A DNA stretch of 54,134 bases from IMG/VR virus record IMGVR_UViG_3300025663_000097, positions 1-54,134 of that record, one strand, 5' to 3'. Shown piece after piece: positions 37,732-47,829 of this stretch. Every line of letters starts with the position of its first letter. Positions within the stretch are counted from its first letter, which is position 1. This stretch comes from a virus. Lineage: Duplodnaviria; Caudoviricetes. The translations under genes were made by a program, and so were the position numbers. Below the pieces are notes generated by a model. That model searched no databases and was not told the origin of the DNA. It saw only the letters and a program-made list of their open reading frames with translations.

Positions 37732-38724
37732 ATGCACAATGACATTGACATCTCTACTTTTAATTTACGAGTATTTGAAGATACTATACTTGACCGTGAT
37801 GAGTTATTAGAGTTCTTAAAAACAACGGCAGGACAGGTCAATTTAGATACTCTAGGTGAAGGACCTAGTCTTAATGAATGTGGACTAGTTGATATACTCA
37901 ATGAGTCAGGTAAACCGTTTAGTGATATTCAAGTGATTACCCCAAACGAAGTAGAAGAACTCCCTGTTAAATGCACAACTAACAGAATTGGTAATTTTAC
38001 TTTTAATTATTGGTTTGGGACAGTACATCGAGCTTATAAAAAATATACATTTAAAAATCTAGCTCAAGAACATTATAGACTAGGTTGTTTTATTGGACGT
38101 AAAAACTCAGATAGACTAGCTATATTATACTGGCTATCACGTTGTACAAGAACATTTTTAAGCTCGCTACGCGAAGATCACATAAACCATGACCGTAGAC
38201 CAGATTTATACCGGTGGGTAGATAACTATGATAGTTTCAATGAGTGGGTTAGCAAGTTTAATATACCTAGCATTGATAATCACTCAGTGAATGAGCAATA
38301 TCAAGATATTGATCTCAATGTTCCTAATTCAAAATTCTTAAACGTACAATTAAATATGCTAAACTGGTACAATGGTTTTGATGTTGAATTAGTTTGTGAA
38401 ACGTTTGTTAGAGGGGACACTTACTTTCCAACAGAAAAAACTACTCGTCCTCTTGCAGGTGGTAAGCCAATGATAATATATGGTCCAAAAGATTATCTAG
38501 CAAGACTGCGTGATCAAGGATTTAAAACTTGGGGTGATTGTTGGGACGAAAGTTATGACGAATATGAGGGATTAGGACGATGGATGCGTATTAAGGAAGT
38601 TATTATTCAAAATAATGACTGGAACGTGCAAGAATGGAAATCTATTGTGAAAAAGGCTAATGCAATAGCTCAATACAATCAAGAATACTTTATGCAAGAA
38701 GTGGCTAATGGCTATAACTACTAA
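37732..38724 (+). CDS. TEKT-family putative glycosyltransferase paralog B
   Basis: VCETF...FPTEKTTRPLAGGKPMIIYG...LRDQGFKTW...WDESYD. Confidence 0.55.
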   Translation: MHNDIDISTFNLRVFEDTILDRDELLEFLKTTAGQVNLDTLGEGPSLNECGLVDILNESGKPFSDIQVITPNEVEELPVKCTTNRIGNFTFNYWFGTVHRAYKKYTFKNLAQEHYRLGCFIGRKNSDRLAILYWLSRCTRTFLSSLREDHINHDRRPDLYRWVDNYDSFNEWVSKFNIPSIDNHSVNEQYQDIDLNVPNSKFLNVQLNMLNWYNGFDVELVCETFVRGDTYFPTEKTTRPLAGGKPMIIYGPKDYLARLRDQGFKTWGDCWDESYDEYEGLGRWMRIKEVIIQNNDWNVQEWKSIVKKANAIAQYNQEYFMQEVANGYNY

Positions 38725-40678
38725 AAAGAAAATTAGCCTCTGTCAACCTAACTTCCAACAAGGTCCTATGGAACTTAATGCACACTATCTTCCGTATAGT
38801 ACGGGCATACTATGGAGTTACGCCCAACAGTTTGATGAGATAAAAGACAACTACGAGCTGGATCAATTGATATGGGAACGTAGAGACATAGAAGAGTATG
38901 TAGAACTACTTAAGGACAACACAGTGGTTGGCTTCTCTACCTACGTATGGAATCGCAACTACACATACGCATTGGCACGCAAATTAAAAGAAAAAAATCC
39001 TAATATATTCCTATTCTTTGGCGGCCCTGAGATACCACACGAGAGGAATGATGTCTTTGAAACTTATCCTTTTATGGATCTTGTTGTAGTTCGAGAAGGC
39101 GAGATCACGTTTAAAAATTTACTGACAGCTCTACATAACCAGACGGATCTAAAAGAAATAAACGGCATAGTGTTAAATGACAACGGTGTGCGTGTGGTCA
39201 CACAGAATGCTCCTAGGATACAAGATCTTGAAGATGTACCTAGTCCTTATCTAACAGGAGTATTTGACAAACTGATAGCAGAAACAGCAGGCAAAGTAGA
39301 ATGGAATGCTACTATTGAAACTAATAGAGGATGTCCGTATCAATGTACATTCTGTGATTGGGGTAGTTTAACTTATGGTAAGGTCAAGAAGTTTGAATAT
39401 AATCGGGTGCTTGACGAGATAGAATGGATAGGTAAAAACAAATGCGGTTACGTAACTATTGCTGATGCTAACTTTGGTATGTTCCGTGACCGTGACAATG
39501 AAATAGCAGATAAAATACTAGAAGTTCAATCTAAGTACAATTTCCCTCAAGGCGTAAGTATGACTTGGGCTAAAAATCAAAAAGCAGATGTATATAAAAT
39601 AGTACAAAAATTATTCAAAGCTGGTTCCTTTAATCAAGGACTAACAGTATCAGTACAATCAATGAACTTAGATGTTTTAGAAAATATTAAACGTAAAAAT
39701 TTAGGGCAACACAATATTACAGAAATATTTGATCTATGTAACAAGAATGGTATACCAGTTGACACAGAAGTTATATTAGGATTACCTGGAGAAACACAAG
39801 AAACTTGGAAAGAAAATCTCTGGTCGTTATTCCGTTTAGGAAATCACACGGGTGTAACTATACATCAATGTCAACTCTTAGAAAATGCTGAAATGAATTT
39901 ACTACAGCGTAAAATGAACAAACTTGAAGCTGTTCCTATATATGATTACATGAGTGGCAGTTATAACTATGACAGTCTAGCAGAATCAGTAGATGTTGTT
40001 ATGTCAACAGGAACAATGCCAAGAGATATTATGGTAGATACGCAAGTGTTTAATTGGTTTATAAACACGTTCCATATGAATGGGCTTACAACTTGGATAT
40101 CCAGATTCCTGCATAAACATCAAAGTATTGACTATTCAGAGTTTTATGAAAAACTTATACCCTTTCTACAGCAAGATGATTGGTTTCAAAAAGAAGAAGA
40201 TGAGATTAGACAGTTTTATAATAACTGGAAAGACCATGGCAGAATTAACCATCCGTTAATTGGGGGGACAGTTCCCATTCATGGTTGGAATCTCCTCCAC
40301 AGAACAGCAATGACCATGCACGCAGATCATAAGCATGATCGTGTATTTGATCTAATAGAACAATTTGTTAGAGAAACATTTGACTTGCCTGAGAAGTTAA
40401 TGACACAATTGTTAGATTACAATAGAACATATGTATTAAATTACGACAAGCTACAACAGTATCCGTTAGCAAAAACATTTGACTATGACTTCTTTGGGTA
40501 TATTGTCAATGAGGAACCATTGGAATCAACTACCATAGTCAAGTTTGACTTCCGTGAAAATAAAGATATGACATTTGATCGTTTCTTACAAGACTTTTGG
40601 TATGGACGTAAACGTAACTTTGGTAAAGCGTTTATCACTAAAGAAACAATAAAAGAACATGTTATTGAAAACGTTTGA
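38708..40678 (+). CDS. B12-binding radical SAM protein
   Basis: GFSTYVWN, FGGPE, ETNRGCPYQCTFCDWG, DANFG, ILGLPGET. Confidence 0.92.
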   Translation: MAITTKKKISLCQPNFQQGPMELNAHYLPYSTGILWSYAQQFDEIKDNYELDQLIWERRDIEEYVELLKDNTVVGFSTYVWNRNYTYALARKLKEKNPNIFLFFGGPEIPHERNDVFETYPFMDLVVVREGEITFKNLLTALHNQTDLKEINGIVLNDNGVRVVTQNAPRIQDLEDVPSPYLTGVFDKLIAETAGKVEWNATIETNRGCPYQCTFCDWGSLTYGKVKKFEYNRVLDEIEWIGKNKCGYVTIADANFGMFRDRDNEIADKILEVQSKYNFPQGVSMTWAKNQKADVYKIVQKLFKAGSFNQGLTVSVQSMNLDVLENIKRKNLGQHNITEIFDLCNKNGIPVDTEVILGLPGETQETWKENLWSLFRLGNHTGVTIHQCQLLENAEMNLLQRKMNKLEAVPIYDYMSGSYNYDSLAESVDVVMSTGTMPRDIMVDTQVFNWFINTFHMNGLTTWISRFLHKHQSIDYSEFYEKLIPFLQQDDWFQKEEDEIRQFYNNWKDHGRINHPLIGGTVPIHGWNLLHRTAMTMHADHKHDRVFDLIEQFVRETFDLPEKLMTQLLDYNRTYVLNYDKLQQYPLAKTFDYDFFGYIVNEEPLESTTIVKFDFRENKDMTFDRFLQDFWYGRKRNFGKAFITKETIKEHVIENV

Positions 40679-41639
40679 TAGTGGATGGAGTAAAGATCTG
40701 CCTATACCCAAGTGGCATAGCGAGCAACTCAATCACATAGCTCAAAACTATACTGGCCATGCTAAAGCGATAATAGCTAACAGCACTTGGTATACTGATG
40801 AGATACATTCAGAAGTGGTGGCTTACATCAAATCAAATAACATTAAAAATATTATACTCACTAGTCTATGTGACGCACACATCGCTAGACGAGAACTCTT
40901 TGAAGAACTAGAAGTCAACGTGTTTGAGATAGGTTATTATAGAGGCCCGGGCTTTTATGATTTCTTCGCATGTTGCTGGGATAGATTTGGACACACCGGA
41001 CTCAGTGAGCACGAATTGTTAGACCATCAAACTATACACAAACCTTTTATGTGTCTCAATAGGAAACACCACGAGCATCGTGTTAAGATTGTAAACGAGC
41101 TTCGCAGTGCGGGTTTAACTGATAAAGGTATAGTCACACTAGCCGGAACAGACTTACGTCTAGATGAGGACTTTACTAATCATAAAAGCTATGCTCCTGA
41201 AAGCGGAGCTGACATTCCAAATGACATTATGTCACTAGGAGATACTCGTGTATGGTCTAGTCATTTTCTTAATGTGGTTACGGAAACATGGTGGGACATT
41301 AACCAGGCATATCTTGCCGCTGACAAATATTTCAAACCATTGGTAGGACTGCGTCCTTTCCTTATATGGAGTGAGGATATGGGAGTAGAATGGCTTACTG
41401 ATCGCAAGTTTGATCTATATCATGATGACTTTCAAGACATTACGGACTTAGACCTTAGAGACCACAATAACATGATATCATTCCTGGAGGTGCTCTCAGC
41501 TCAACCAAAAAAATATCTAGAGGATAAATTTATTGCCCTTAGGGAAAAACTATTATATAATAGAAATAGATTTAACGAATATGTGCGAGAACAAAATTTA
41601 GATACAGTCATTGATAGAATGAACAAACAATTTAGTTGA
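40659..41639 (+). CDS. TEKT-family putative glycosyltransferase paralog C
   Basis: MCLNRKHHEHR, LNVVTET, ADKYFKPLVGLRPF. Confidence 0.55.
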   Translation: MLLKTFDSGWSKDLPIPKWHSEQLNHIAQNYTGHAKAIIANSTWYTDEIHSEVVAYIKSNNIKNIILTSLCDAHIARRELFEELEVNVFEIGYYRGPGFYDFFACCWDRFGHTGLSEHELLDHQTIHKPFMCLNRKHHEHRVKIVNELRSAGLTDKGIVTLAGTDLRLDEDFTNHKSYAPESGADIPNDIMSLGDTRVWSSHFLNVVTETWWDINQAYLAADKYFKPLVGLRPFLIWSEDMGVEWLTDRKFDLYHDDFQDITDLDLRDHNNMISFLEVLSAQPKKYLEDKFIALREKLLYNRNRFNEYVREQNLDTVIDRMNKQFS

Positions 41640-41664
41640 CATGCATCAATAAATACAGTACACT
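41636..41664 (+). promoter_or_regulatory. sigma70-type promoter with nested late box
   Basis: TTGACA-17-TACACT; TAAATA 41650-41655. Confidence 0.6.
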
Positions 41665-41695
41665 AATAAATTAGTATCAAGGAAAAACATATATA

Positions 41696-42082
41696 ATGTC
41701 CTATTCGAAGGCCGTGATTGATCATTATGAGAATCCACGTAACGTGGGTAGCTTAGATAAAAATAGTAAAGATGTAGGTACAGGCATGGTTGGTGCACCT
41801 GCATGTGGTGACGTTATGAAGATACAGATACAAGTTGAAGAAGGGGTAATAACCGATGCCAAGTTCAAAACTTATGGATGTGGTTCAGCGATCGCAAGTT
41901 CAAGCCTTGTTACAGAAATGCTCAAAGGAAAAACCATTGAACAAGCACAAGCAATCCAAAATATGGAAATTGTTGAAGAACTGGCTCTTCCGCCGGTAAA
42001 GATACATTGCTCAGTACTAGCAGAAGATGCTATTAAATCAGCAATAATTGATTACAAAGAGAAAAACAAAAACAGTCAATGA
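41696..42082 (+). CDS. iscU: Fe-S cluster scaffold IscU
   Basis: [41 protein letters not shown]. Confidence 0.98.
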   Translation: MSYSKAVIDHYENPRNVGSLDKNSKDVGTGMVGAPACGDVMKIQIQVEEGVITDAKFKTYGCGSAIASSSLVTEMLKGKTIEQAQAIQNMEIVEELALPPVKIHCSVLAEDAIKSAIIDYKEKNKNSQ

Positions 42083-42408
42083 CCATTGGCATAACACTTA
42101 CAGATAAAGCATACGAACGAGCATTGCGGTCAATTCAAACAAGAGAGAATACTGTAGGACTCCGTGTTGGTGTAAGAACAGCAGGATGTTCAGGACTTGC
42201 ATATGTATTAGAGTTTGTTGACAAAATTGGTAAACACGATGAAGTGTTTGAGACTAAAGATGTTAAAATAATAATAGATAAGAAAAGTCTTGTGTACCTT
42301 AAAGGATTAGAAATGGATTGGGTTAAACAAGGACTCAATGAAGGCTTTGAATTTAATAACCCAAATGCCAATGGTGAATGTGGCTGTGGAGAAAGTTTTA
42401 CTGTATGA
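42079..42408 (+). CDS. iscA: Fe-S cluster carrier IscA
   Basis: [21 protein letters not shown]. Confidence 0.95.
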   Translation: MTIGITLTDKAYERALRSIQTRENTVGLRVGVRTAGCSGLAYVLEFVDKIGKHDEVFETKDVKIIIDKKSLVYLKGLEMDWVKQGLNEGFEFNNPNANGECGCGESFTV

Positions 42409-43088
42409 TAGTAGAAAAATTTGAGTACAAAGAACTAAAACGTACAACAACAGAAAAGCAACGTTTATATACATGTCCTGATGGTAATGCTGTTCCTAGT
42501 GTTACTACTATATTAGACAAAACAAAATCAGCAGAAAGTAAAGCAGGACTGGCACGCTGGCGTAAGAGTATAGGTGAAGCAAAAGCAAAAGCAATTGTAA
42601 CCGAAGCCGCAAACAGAGGCACACGTATGCACACTTACTTAGAAAAGTATGTGTTAGGTGAAGAACTAAAAGAAACAGTAACAAACCCATACGCTCAACA
42701 GAGTTTAGATATGGCAAAGATAGTTATTAAAGAAGGCCTTAAAAATGTAGACGAGTATTGGGGAACAGAGGTAGCATTATATCATCCTAAGATTTACGCA
42801 GGTACTACAGACCTAGTAGGAGTACACAAAGGCGAAGATGCCATAATGGACTTTAAACAAACTAACAAGCCTAAGAAGCGTGAATGGGTTGAGGATTACT
42901 TCCTACAACTATGTGCATACGCAGAAGCACACAACGAAGTGTACGGAACTAATATTCGTAAAGGTGTTGTGCTTATGTGTTCAAAAGACTACAAGTATCA
43001 AGAGTTTATTGCAGAAGGCGACGAATGGGATATGTGGAAAGAAAAATGGTGGGCAAGAGTAGAAGAATACTACGTTAAACATAGATAA
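42405..43088 (+). CDS. PD-(D/E)XK exonuclease
   Basis: PSVTTIL, RGTRMH, YAGTTDL, IMDFKQ, QLCAYA. Confidence 0.88.
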   Translation: MIVEKFEYKELKRTTTEKQRLYTCPDGNAVPSVTTILDKTKSAESKAGLARWRKSIGEAKAKAIVTEAANRGTRMHTYLEKYVLGEELKETVTNPYAQQSLDMAKIVIKEGLKNVDEYWGTEVALYHPKIYAGTTDLVGVHKGEDAIMDFKQTNKPKKREWVEDYFLQLCAYAEAHNEVYGTNIRKGVVLMCSKDYKYQEFIAEGDEWDMWKEKWWARVEEYYVKHR

Positions 43089-43097
43089 ATATGATTA

Positions 43098-43454
43098 ATG
43101 GAACTTATCTTATTCGCATTAATAATCAAACACTGTATAATAGACCTCGGTATACAAAGTCATTTTCTATGGGGATTGACACATAATAAGAAACGATACT
43201 TTGGCTGTCATAGTCATTACTTACATCATGCTATAGGAACATTCATAGCTTTCATATTATTCACAGATATTAAGACAGCACTAATAGCTACAGTAATAGA
43301 CTACACAGTACATTGGCATGTTGACTTTACTAAACACAACATTAATACCTATTTAGATCTAACAAGAAAAGATAAGTTATATTGGTGGACAGCAACCATT
43401 GATCAACTTCTACATTTTTTAACTTACTATTTGTTAGTCATCTATCTAGTCTAG
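43098..43454 (+). CDS. Membrane protein, DUF3307-like
   Basis: KHCIIDLGIQ, HWHVDFTK, DQLLH; hydrophobic; TAAATA 43086-43091. Confidence 0.75.
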   Translation: MELILFALIIKHCIIDLGIQSHFLWGLTHNKKRYFGCHSHYLHHAIGTFIAFILFTDIKTALIATVIDYTVHWHVDFTKHNINTYLDLTRKDKLYWWTATIDQLLHFLTYYLLVIYLV

Positions 43455-43489
43455 ATAAATATACTGATAATAACGGAACTTTTTAAAAG

Positions 43490-45067
43490 ATGGCTACAGT
43501 ACAAATTTCACGCATACAACATAGACAAGGATTGTCGGAAAATTTACCTCAATTATCAGGTGGTGAATTTGGATGGAGTATTGACTCAAGACAATTATAT
43601 ATTGGTAATGGCACTATAGCAAACGGTGCTCCAGCAATTGGCAATACAGAGATACTAACTGAGTTCTCAGATATTGTTTCCTTAGCAGACACTTATACAT
43701 ACAAAGGCGAAGCGGCAGGTTATACGGTTAAAACAGGTGAACTAACAAGTACTCCAATAACGAGAACTTTACAAGGTAAGTTAGACGAATTTGTATCTGT
43801 TAAAGACTTTGGTGCGGTAGGTGACGGTGTTGCAAATGACACAGTCGCAATCAATAGAGCATTGTATGAACTATTTTGTAGAGAAGTAAATGCTGAAGTA
43901 AGACGCAGTTTATATTTTCCAGCAGGTACTTATTTAATATCAGACACTTTACTGATTCCTCCATATGCTAAATTATGGGGCGAAGGTATGAACTCCACAG
44001 TGATTAAATTAGACGCTGACCCTGCAAGTACTATTGCTACATATATGGCAAGAACTACAGATAGTTTACAACAAACAGGAAGTAACATTGGTACTAATTC
44101 AGCAATAACTCCAAGAAATGTTGAAATATCAGCATTAACATTTGAGACAGCTGAAATTACTGATATATTTTTAGTTGAATCTATTGATCAAATGTATTTT
44201 GATTCAGTAGGTTTTGTAGGACCATTAACAACTTCTGATTTAAATGTAGCAACTGACGATGTCAGCTGTGTTAGAACTAATGGAACTAGTGCAACTATTC
44301 CTCGTGGTGTAACTTTTGACAAGTGTGCATTCACAAATATGACATACGCATTTAAAATTAATCAAAGAAGCCAAGGATGGTCAGTTAGTAATTCAAAATT
44401 TGAAACTTTATATAATGCTATTGTGTTAGGTGAAAGTTTAGTAGACGGTGGACCAAAAGGGTTCAGAGCAATTCATAATTTTTTCAATCAAATTTATGCT
44501 TCAGCAGTTGTGTATGATCTAGCTAGCACTTGTGCTACTGCTCATAATATATTCTTAAGCGATTGTGGTAATCAATTTGGAGCAAGTCCTCAGGTCCCAG
44601 TAATTGAGTTTAATGCTGACAACAATATATCTGTAGGCGATATGTTTGAACGTAGTGATGCTGAGTCGTTGGTATATCCAAGAATTAAAACAGGAACAAC
44701 AACTTCAATTGCCTTTGATAACACTAAACAACTTCAATTAGGTAGTTATGTTCGTGAAAGTGGTGAGACTGCTACACTAACAGACAATACAGCAGTTGCA
44801 ACTTCAGTGTTTACATTGGATAGCAGTGATGTATCAGCCTGGAGTTTAGATTATACAATTACTCGTGGCACAAATGTAAGACACGGTAAGATGGAGGTAC
44901 GTAACGCTTCAACACCTGTTTACTCAGACGATTTTGTTGAAGATGCTTCAACAGGTGTTATTCTATCAGTGGCTAATACTGCTGGAACTACATATGCACT
45001 ACAATATACAACCAGCAACACAGGCGCTGACGCTACATTAACTTACAGTTTATCGCAGTTGGGTTAG
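43490..45067 (+). CDS. Tail fibre/spike with Mtd-N-like N-terminus and pectate-lyase-like beta helix
   Basis: RIQHRQG...GEFGWSIDSRQLYIGNG; VSVKDFGAVGDGVANDTVAINRAL; YFPAGTY. Confidence 0.8.
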   Translation: MATVQISRIQHRQGLSENLPQLSGGEFGWSIDSRQLYIGNGTIANGAPAIGNTEILTEFSDIVSLADTYTYKGEAAGYTVKTGELTSTPITRTLQGKLDEFVSVKDFGAVGDGVANDTVAINRALYELFCREVNAEVRRSLYFPAGTYLISDTLLIPPYAKLWGEGMNSTVIKLDADPASTIATYMARTTDSLQQTGSNIGTNSAITPRNVEISALTFETAEITDIFLVESIDQMYFDSVGFVGPLTTSDLNVATDDVSCVRTNGTSATIPRGVTFDKCAFTNMTYAFKINQRSQGWSVSNSKFETLYNAIVLGESLVDGGPKGFRAIHNFFNQIYASAVVYDLASTCATAHNIFLSDCGNQFGASPQVPVIEFNADNNISVGDMFERSDAESLVYPRIKTGTTTSIAFDNTKQLQLGSYVRESGETATLTDNTAVATSVFTLDSSDVSAWSLDYTITRGTNVRHGKMEVRNASTPVYSDDFVEDASTGVILSVANTAGTTYALQYTTSNTGADATLTYSLSQLG

Positions 45068-45068
45068 T

Positions 45069-45506
45069 ATGTGGCCCGTTGGCTACGAAGAAACACTTCA
45101 GTCTTGGGTTCAGCTAAGACACGACTGTGAAAATAAACCTCTCAAAGAGCAACTTAACCAAATAGCAAAGTGGTGGGGACACGCACCACGTATTAATTAC
45201 GCTATTCATTGGCAGGATAAAAAAAACTGGCCAACTCCCTGGGAACTTTTGGCAGAAAATAAGTACGATGAACTTGCTATTGCTCTAGGAATGTCTTATA
45301 CTGTATTAATGCTAAAAAATATAAATACCACTGTTGAGTTAGCCCATGCAAAGGACAATATAGCAAGTGACAATTATATAGTCCTAGTCGACGATCAGAA
45401 ATATATACTTAATTATGACCCCTGGACAGCAGTAAATACCGAACAAATAAAATTTAAAGTACTAGATTCAATAGACAATAATCAACTTCTTGAAAAGATA
45501 GGATAG
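45069..45506 (+). CDS. Hypothetical protein (degenerate transglutaminase-like)
   Basis: WPTPWELL...IALGMSYTV pattern. Confidence 0.65.
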   Translation: MWPVGYEETLQSWVQLRHDCENKPLKEQLNQIAKWWGHAPRINYAIHWQDKKNWPTPWELLAENKYDELAIALGMSYTVLMLKNINTTVELAHAKDNIASDNYIVLVDDQKYILNYDPWTAVNTEQIKFKVLDSIDNNQLLEKIG

Positions 45507-45508
45507 AA

Positions 45509-47812
45509 ATGGCAGATATAATCGTAACGAAGAGAGATGGAACTAAAGAACCACTAAACATTGAAAAATTACATAAGGTTGTGATGTGGGCCTGTGAAGG
45601 CATTACTGGTGTATCAGCCAGTGAAGTTGAAATTAAAAGTCACTTACAATTTTATAATGGAATTAAGACATCAGACATACAAGAAACAGTTATTAAATCA
45701 GCCGCAGATCTTATCACAGAAGACACTCCTAACTATCAGCATGTAGCAGGTCGATTAATTAGTTATCATATAAGAAAAGATGTGTACGCTCAGTTTGAAC
45801 CTTGGCATATTACAAAATTAATTGATCAAAATATTGAGTTAGGATTATATGATCCTCACCTACTAGAAGATTATACAAAAGATGAATGGGAACAGATTAA
45901 CAGTTATATTAAACATAATAGAGACGAGATGTTGACCTATGTTGCTATGGAACAATTCCGCGGCAAGTATCTTGTACAGAACAGAGTAACAGGTGAGATA
46001 TACGAAAGTCCACAAATGACATACATGTTAATTGCGGCTACATTGTTTTCTAGCTATGGTAAGAGTTATAGATTACAATATGTTAAAGATTACTATGATG
46101 CTATTTCAACACACCAAATATCACTACCCACTCCTGTAATGGCTGGCGTAAGAACTAGCCAAAGACAGTTTTCAAGTTGCGTACTTATTGAAACAGATGA
46201 TTCACTAGATTCAATTAATGCAACGTCATCAAGTATTGTTAGATATGTATCGCAGAAAGCAGGTATTGGTATTAACGCAGGGCGTATTCGTGCTATTAAG
46301 AGTCCAATTAGAAAAGGTGACGCTTACCACACAGGTGTTATTCCATTCTTTAAACTATTTCAGGCGGCAACAAGATCATGTTCGCAGGGAGGAGTGAGAA
46401 ACGGAGCGGCAACAGTATACTATCCTATATGGCATCTAGAAGCTGAAGACTTGTTAGTATTAAAAAACAATAAAGGAACTGAAGATAATCGAGTACGTCA
46501 TATGGATTATGGCGTTCAGTTTAACAAATTAATGTATGAGAGATTATTAAGTGGTGGCGATATTACTTTATTCTCACCACATGATGTGCCAGGCATGTAT
46601 GATGCGTTCTTTCAAGATCAAGAAAAATTTAAAGAGCTATACGAAACAGCAGAACGTAATACTCGCATACGTAAAAAAACAATTAAAGCAATTGATCTAT
46701 TTGGGCAGTTTATTCAAGAGCGTAAAGATACAGGACGTATATACTTAATGAACGTTGACCATGCTAACACACACAGTTCATTTGATACAGCAGTTGCTCC
46801 AATTAGACAATCAAACTTATGTTGTGAAATTGACTTACCAACAAAACCATTGAATGATATCAATGATCCAGAAGGTGAAATAGCTCTTTGTACGCTGTCA
46901 GCTATCAATTGGGGTGTGTTCAGACAGCCCGAAGACATGGAAAAGGCGTGTAGGCTTGCTGTGCGAGGATTAGACGCCCTCTTAACGTATCAGAACTATC
47001 CAGTACTAGCGGCAAGAATGAGTACAGAAAATAGAAGACCGTTAGGTGTTGGTATTATTAACTTTGCTTATTGGTTAGCAAAAAATGACTTAACGTACAC
47101 AGGAGAAGAAGCGTTGCCTGAAGTTGATCGCTGGGCACAGCATTGGAGTTATTATTTGATTAAAGCATCAGCAGACCTAGCAGAAGAGTATGGCGCATGT
47201 CCTAAGTCAAACGAAACCAAGTATCATGATGGTATACTACCTGTTGATACTTATAAAAAAGAAGTTGATGAACTAGTTCCACATAAAGATCATGTTGATT
47301 GGAAAGGTTTGCGTGAACAACTTAAGACTACAGGAATACGAAACTCAACGCTAATGGCATTAATGCCAGCAGAAACATCTGCACAGATTAGTAATTCAAC
47401 AAATGGTGTAGAACCACCTAGAAGTTATATATCAGTTAAACAAAGTAAACACGGTGCATTAACACAGGTAGTCCCTGAATACAGACGCCTTAAAAACAAG
47501 TATGAGCTGTTATGGGATCAGAAAAGCCCTGAGGGTTATCTAAAAATTATGTCCATTCTCCAGAAGTATATTGATCAAGGAATTTCGGTAAATACTTCTT
47601 ACAATCCACAGCATTATGAAGACGATAAAGTATCAATGAGTGACCTACTCAAGCACATTGTAATGTTTTATAAGTATGGCGGCAAACAACTTTATTACAA
47701 TAATACCTATGACGGGCAGGGTGAAATAGACATTGATCGTGATGTTGCTGATTCAGTAGAAGACACAGATTCAATTGATTATGAAGAAGATTGTGACTCT
47801 TGCAAAATCTGA
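45509..47812 (+). CDS. nrdA: Ribonucleotide reductase class Ia alpha subunit
   Basis: ATP cone VTKRDG, PTPVMAG, SSCVLI, SNLCCEI, C-terminal CDSC. Confidence 0.98.
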   Translation: MADIIVTKRDGTKEPLNIEKLHKVVMWACEGITGVSASEVEIKSHLQFYNGIKTSDIQETVIKSAADLITEDTPNYQHVAGRLISYHIRKDVYAQFEPWHITKLIDQNIELGLYDPHLLEDYTKDEWEQINSYIKHNRDEMLTYVAMEQFRGKYLVQNRVTGEIYESPQMTYMLIAATLFSSYGKSYRLQYVKDYYDAISTHQISLPTPVMAGVRTSQRQFSSCVLIETDDSLDSINATSSSIVRYVSQKAGIGINAGRIRAIKSPIRKGDAYHTGVIPFFKLFQAATRSCSQGGVRNGAATVYYPIWHLEAEDLLVLKNNKGTEDNRVRHMDYGVQFNKLMYERLLSGGDITLFSPHDVPGMYDAFFQDQEKFKELYETAERNTRIRKKTIKAIDLFGQFIQERKDTGRIYLMNVDHANTHSSFDTAVAPIRQSNLCCEIDLPTKPLNDINDPEGEIALCTLSAINWGVFRQPEDMEKACRLAVRGLDALLTYQNYPVLAARMSTENRRPLGVGIINFAYWLAKNDLTYTGEEALPEVDRWAQHWSYYLIKASADLAEEYGACPKSNETKYHDGILPVDTYKKEVDELVPHKDHVDWKGLREQLKTTGIRNSTLMALMPAETSAQISNSTNGVEPPRSYISVKQSKHGALTQVVPEYRRLKNKYELLWDQKSPEGYLKIMSILQKYIDQGISVNTSYNPQHYEDDKVSMSDLLKHIVMFYKYGGKQLYYNNTYDGQGEIDIDRDVADSVEDTDSIDYEEDCDSCKI

Positions 47813-47829
47813 GAAAGTGGTCACAACAT

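Noticed and set aside
42405-43088. Cas4 / CRISPR system
   Set aside because: PD-(D/E)XK nuclease lacks the four-Cys Fe-S pattern; no repeat-spacer array or other cas genes seen
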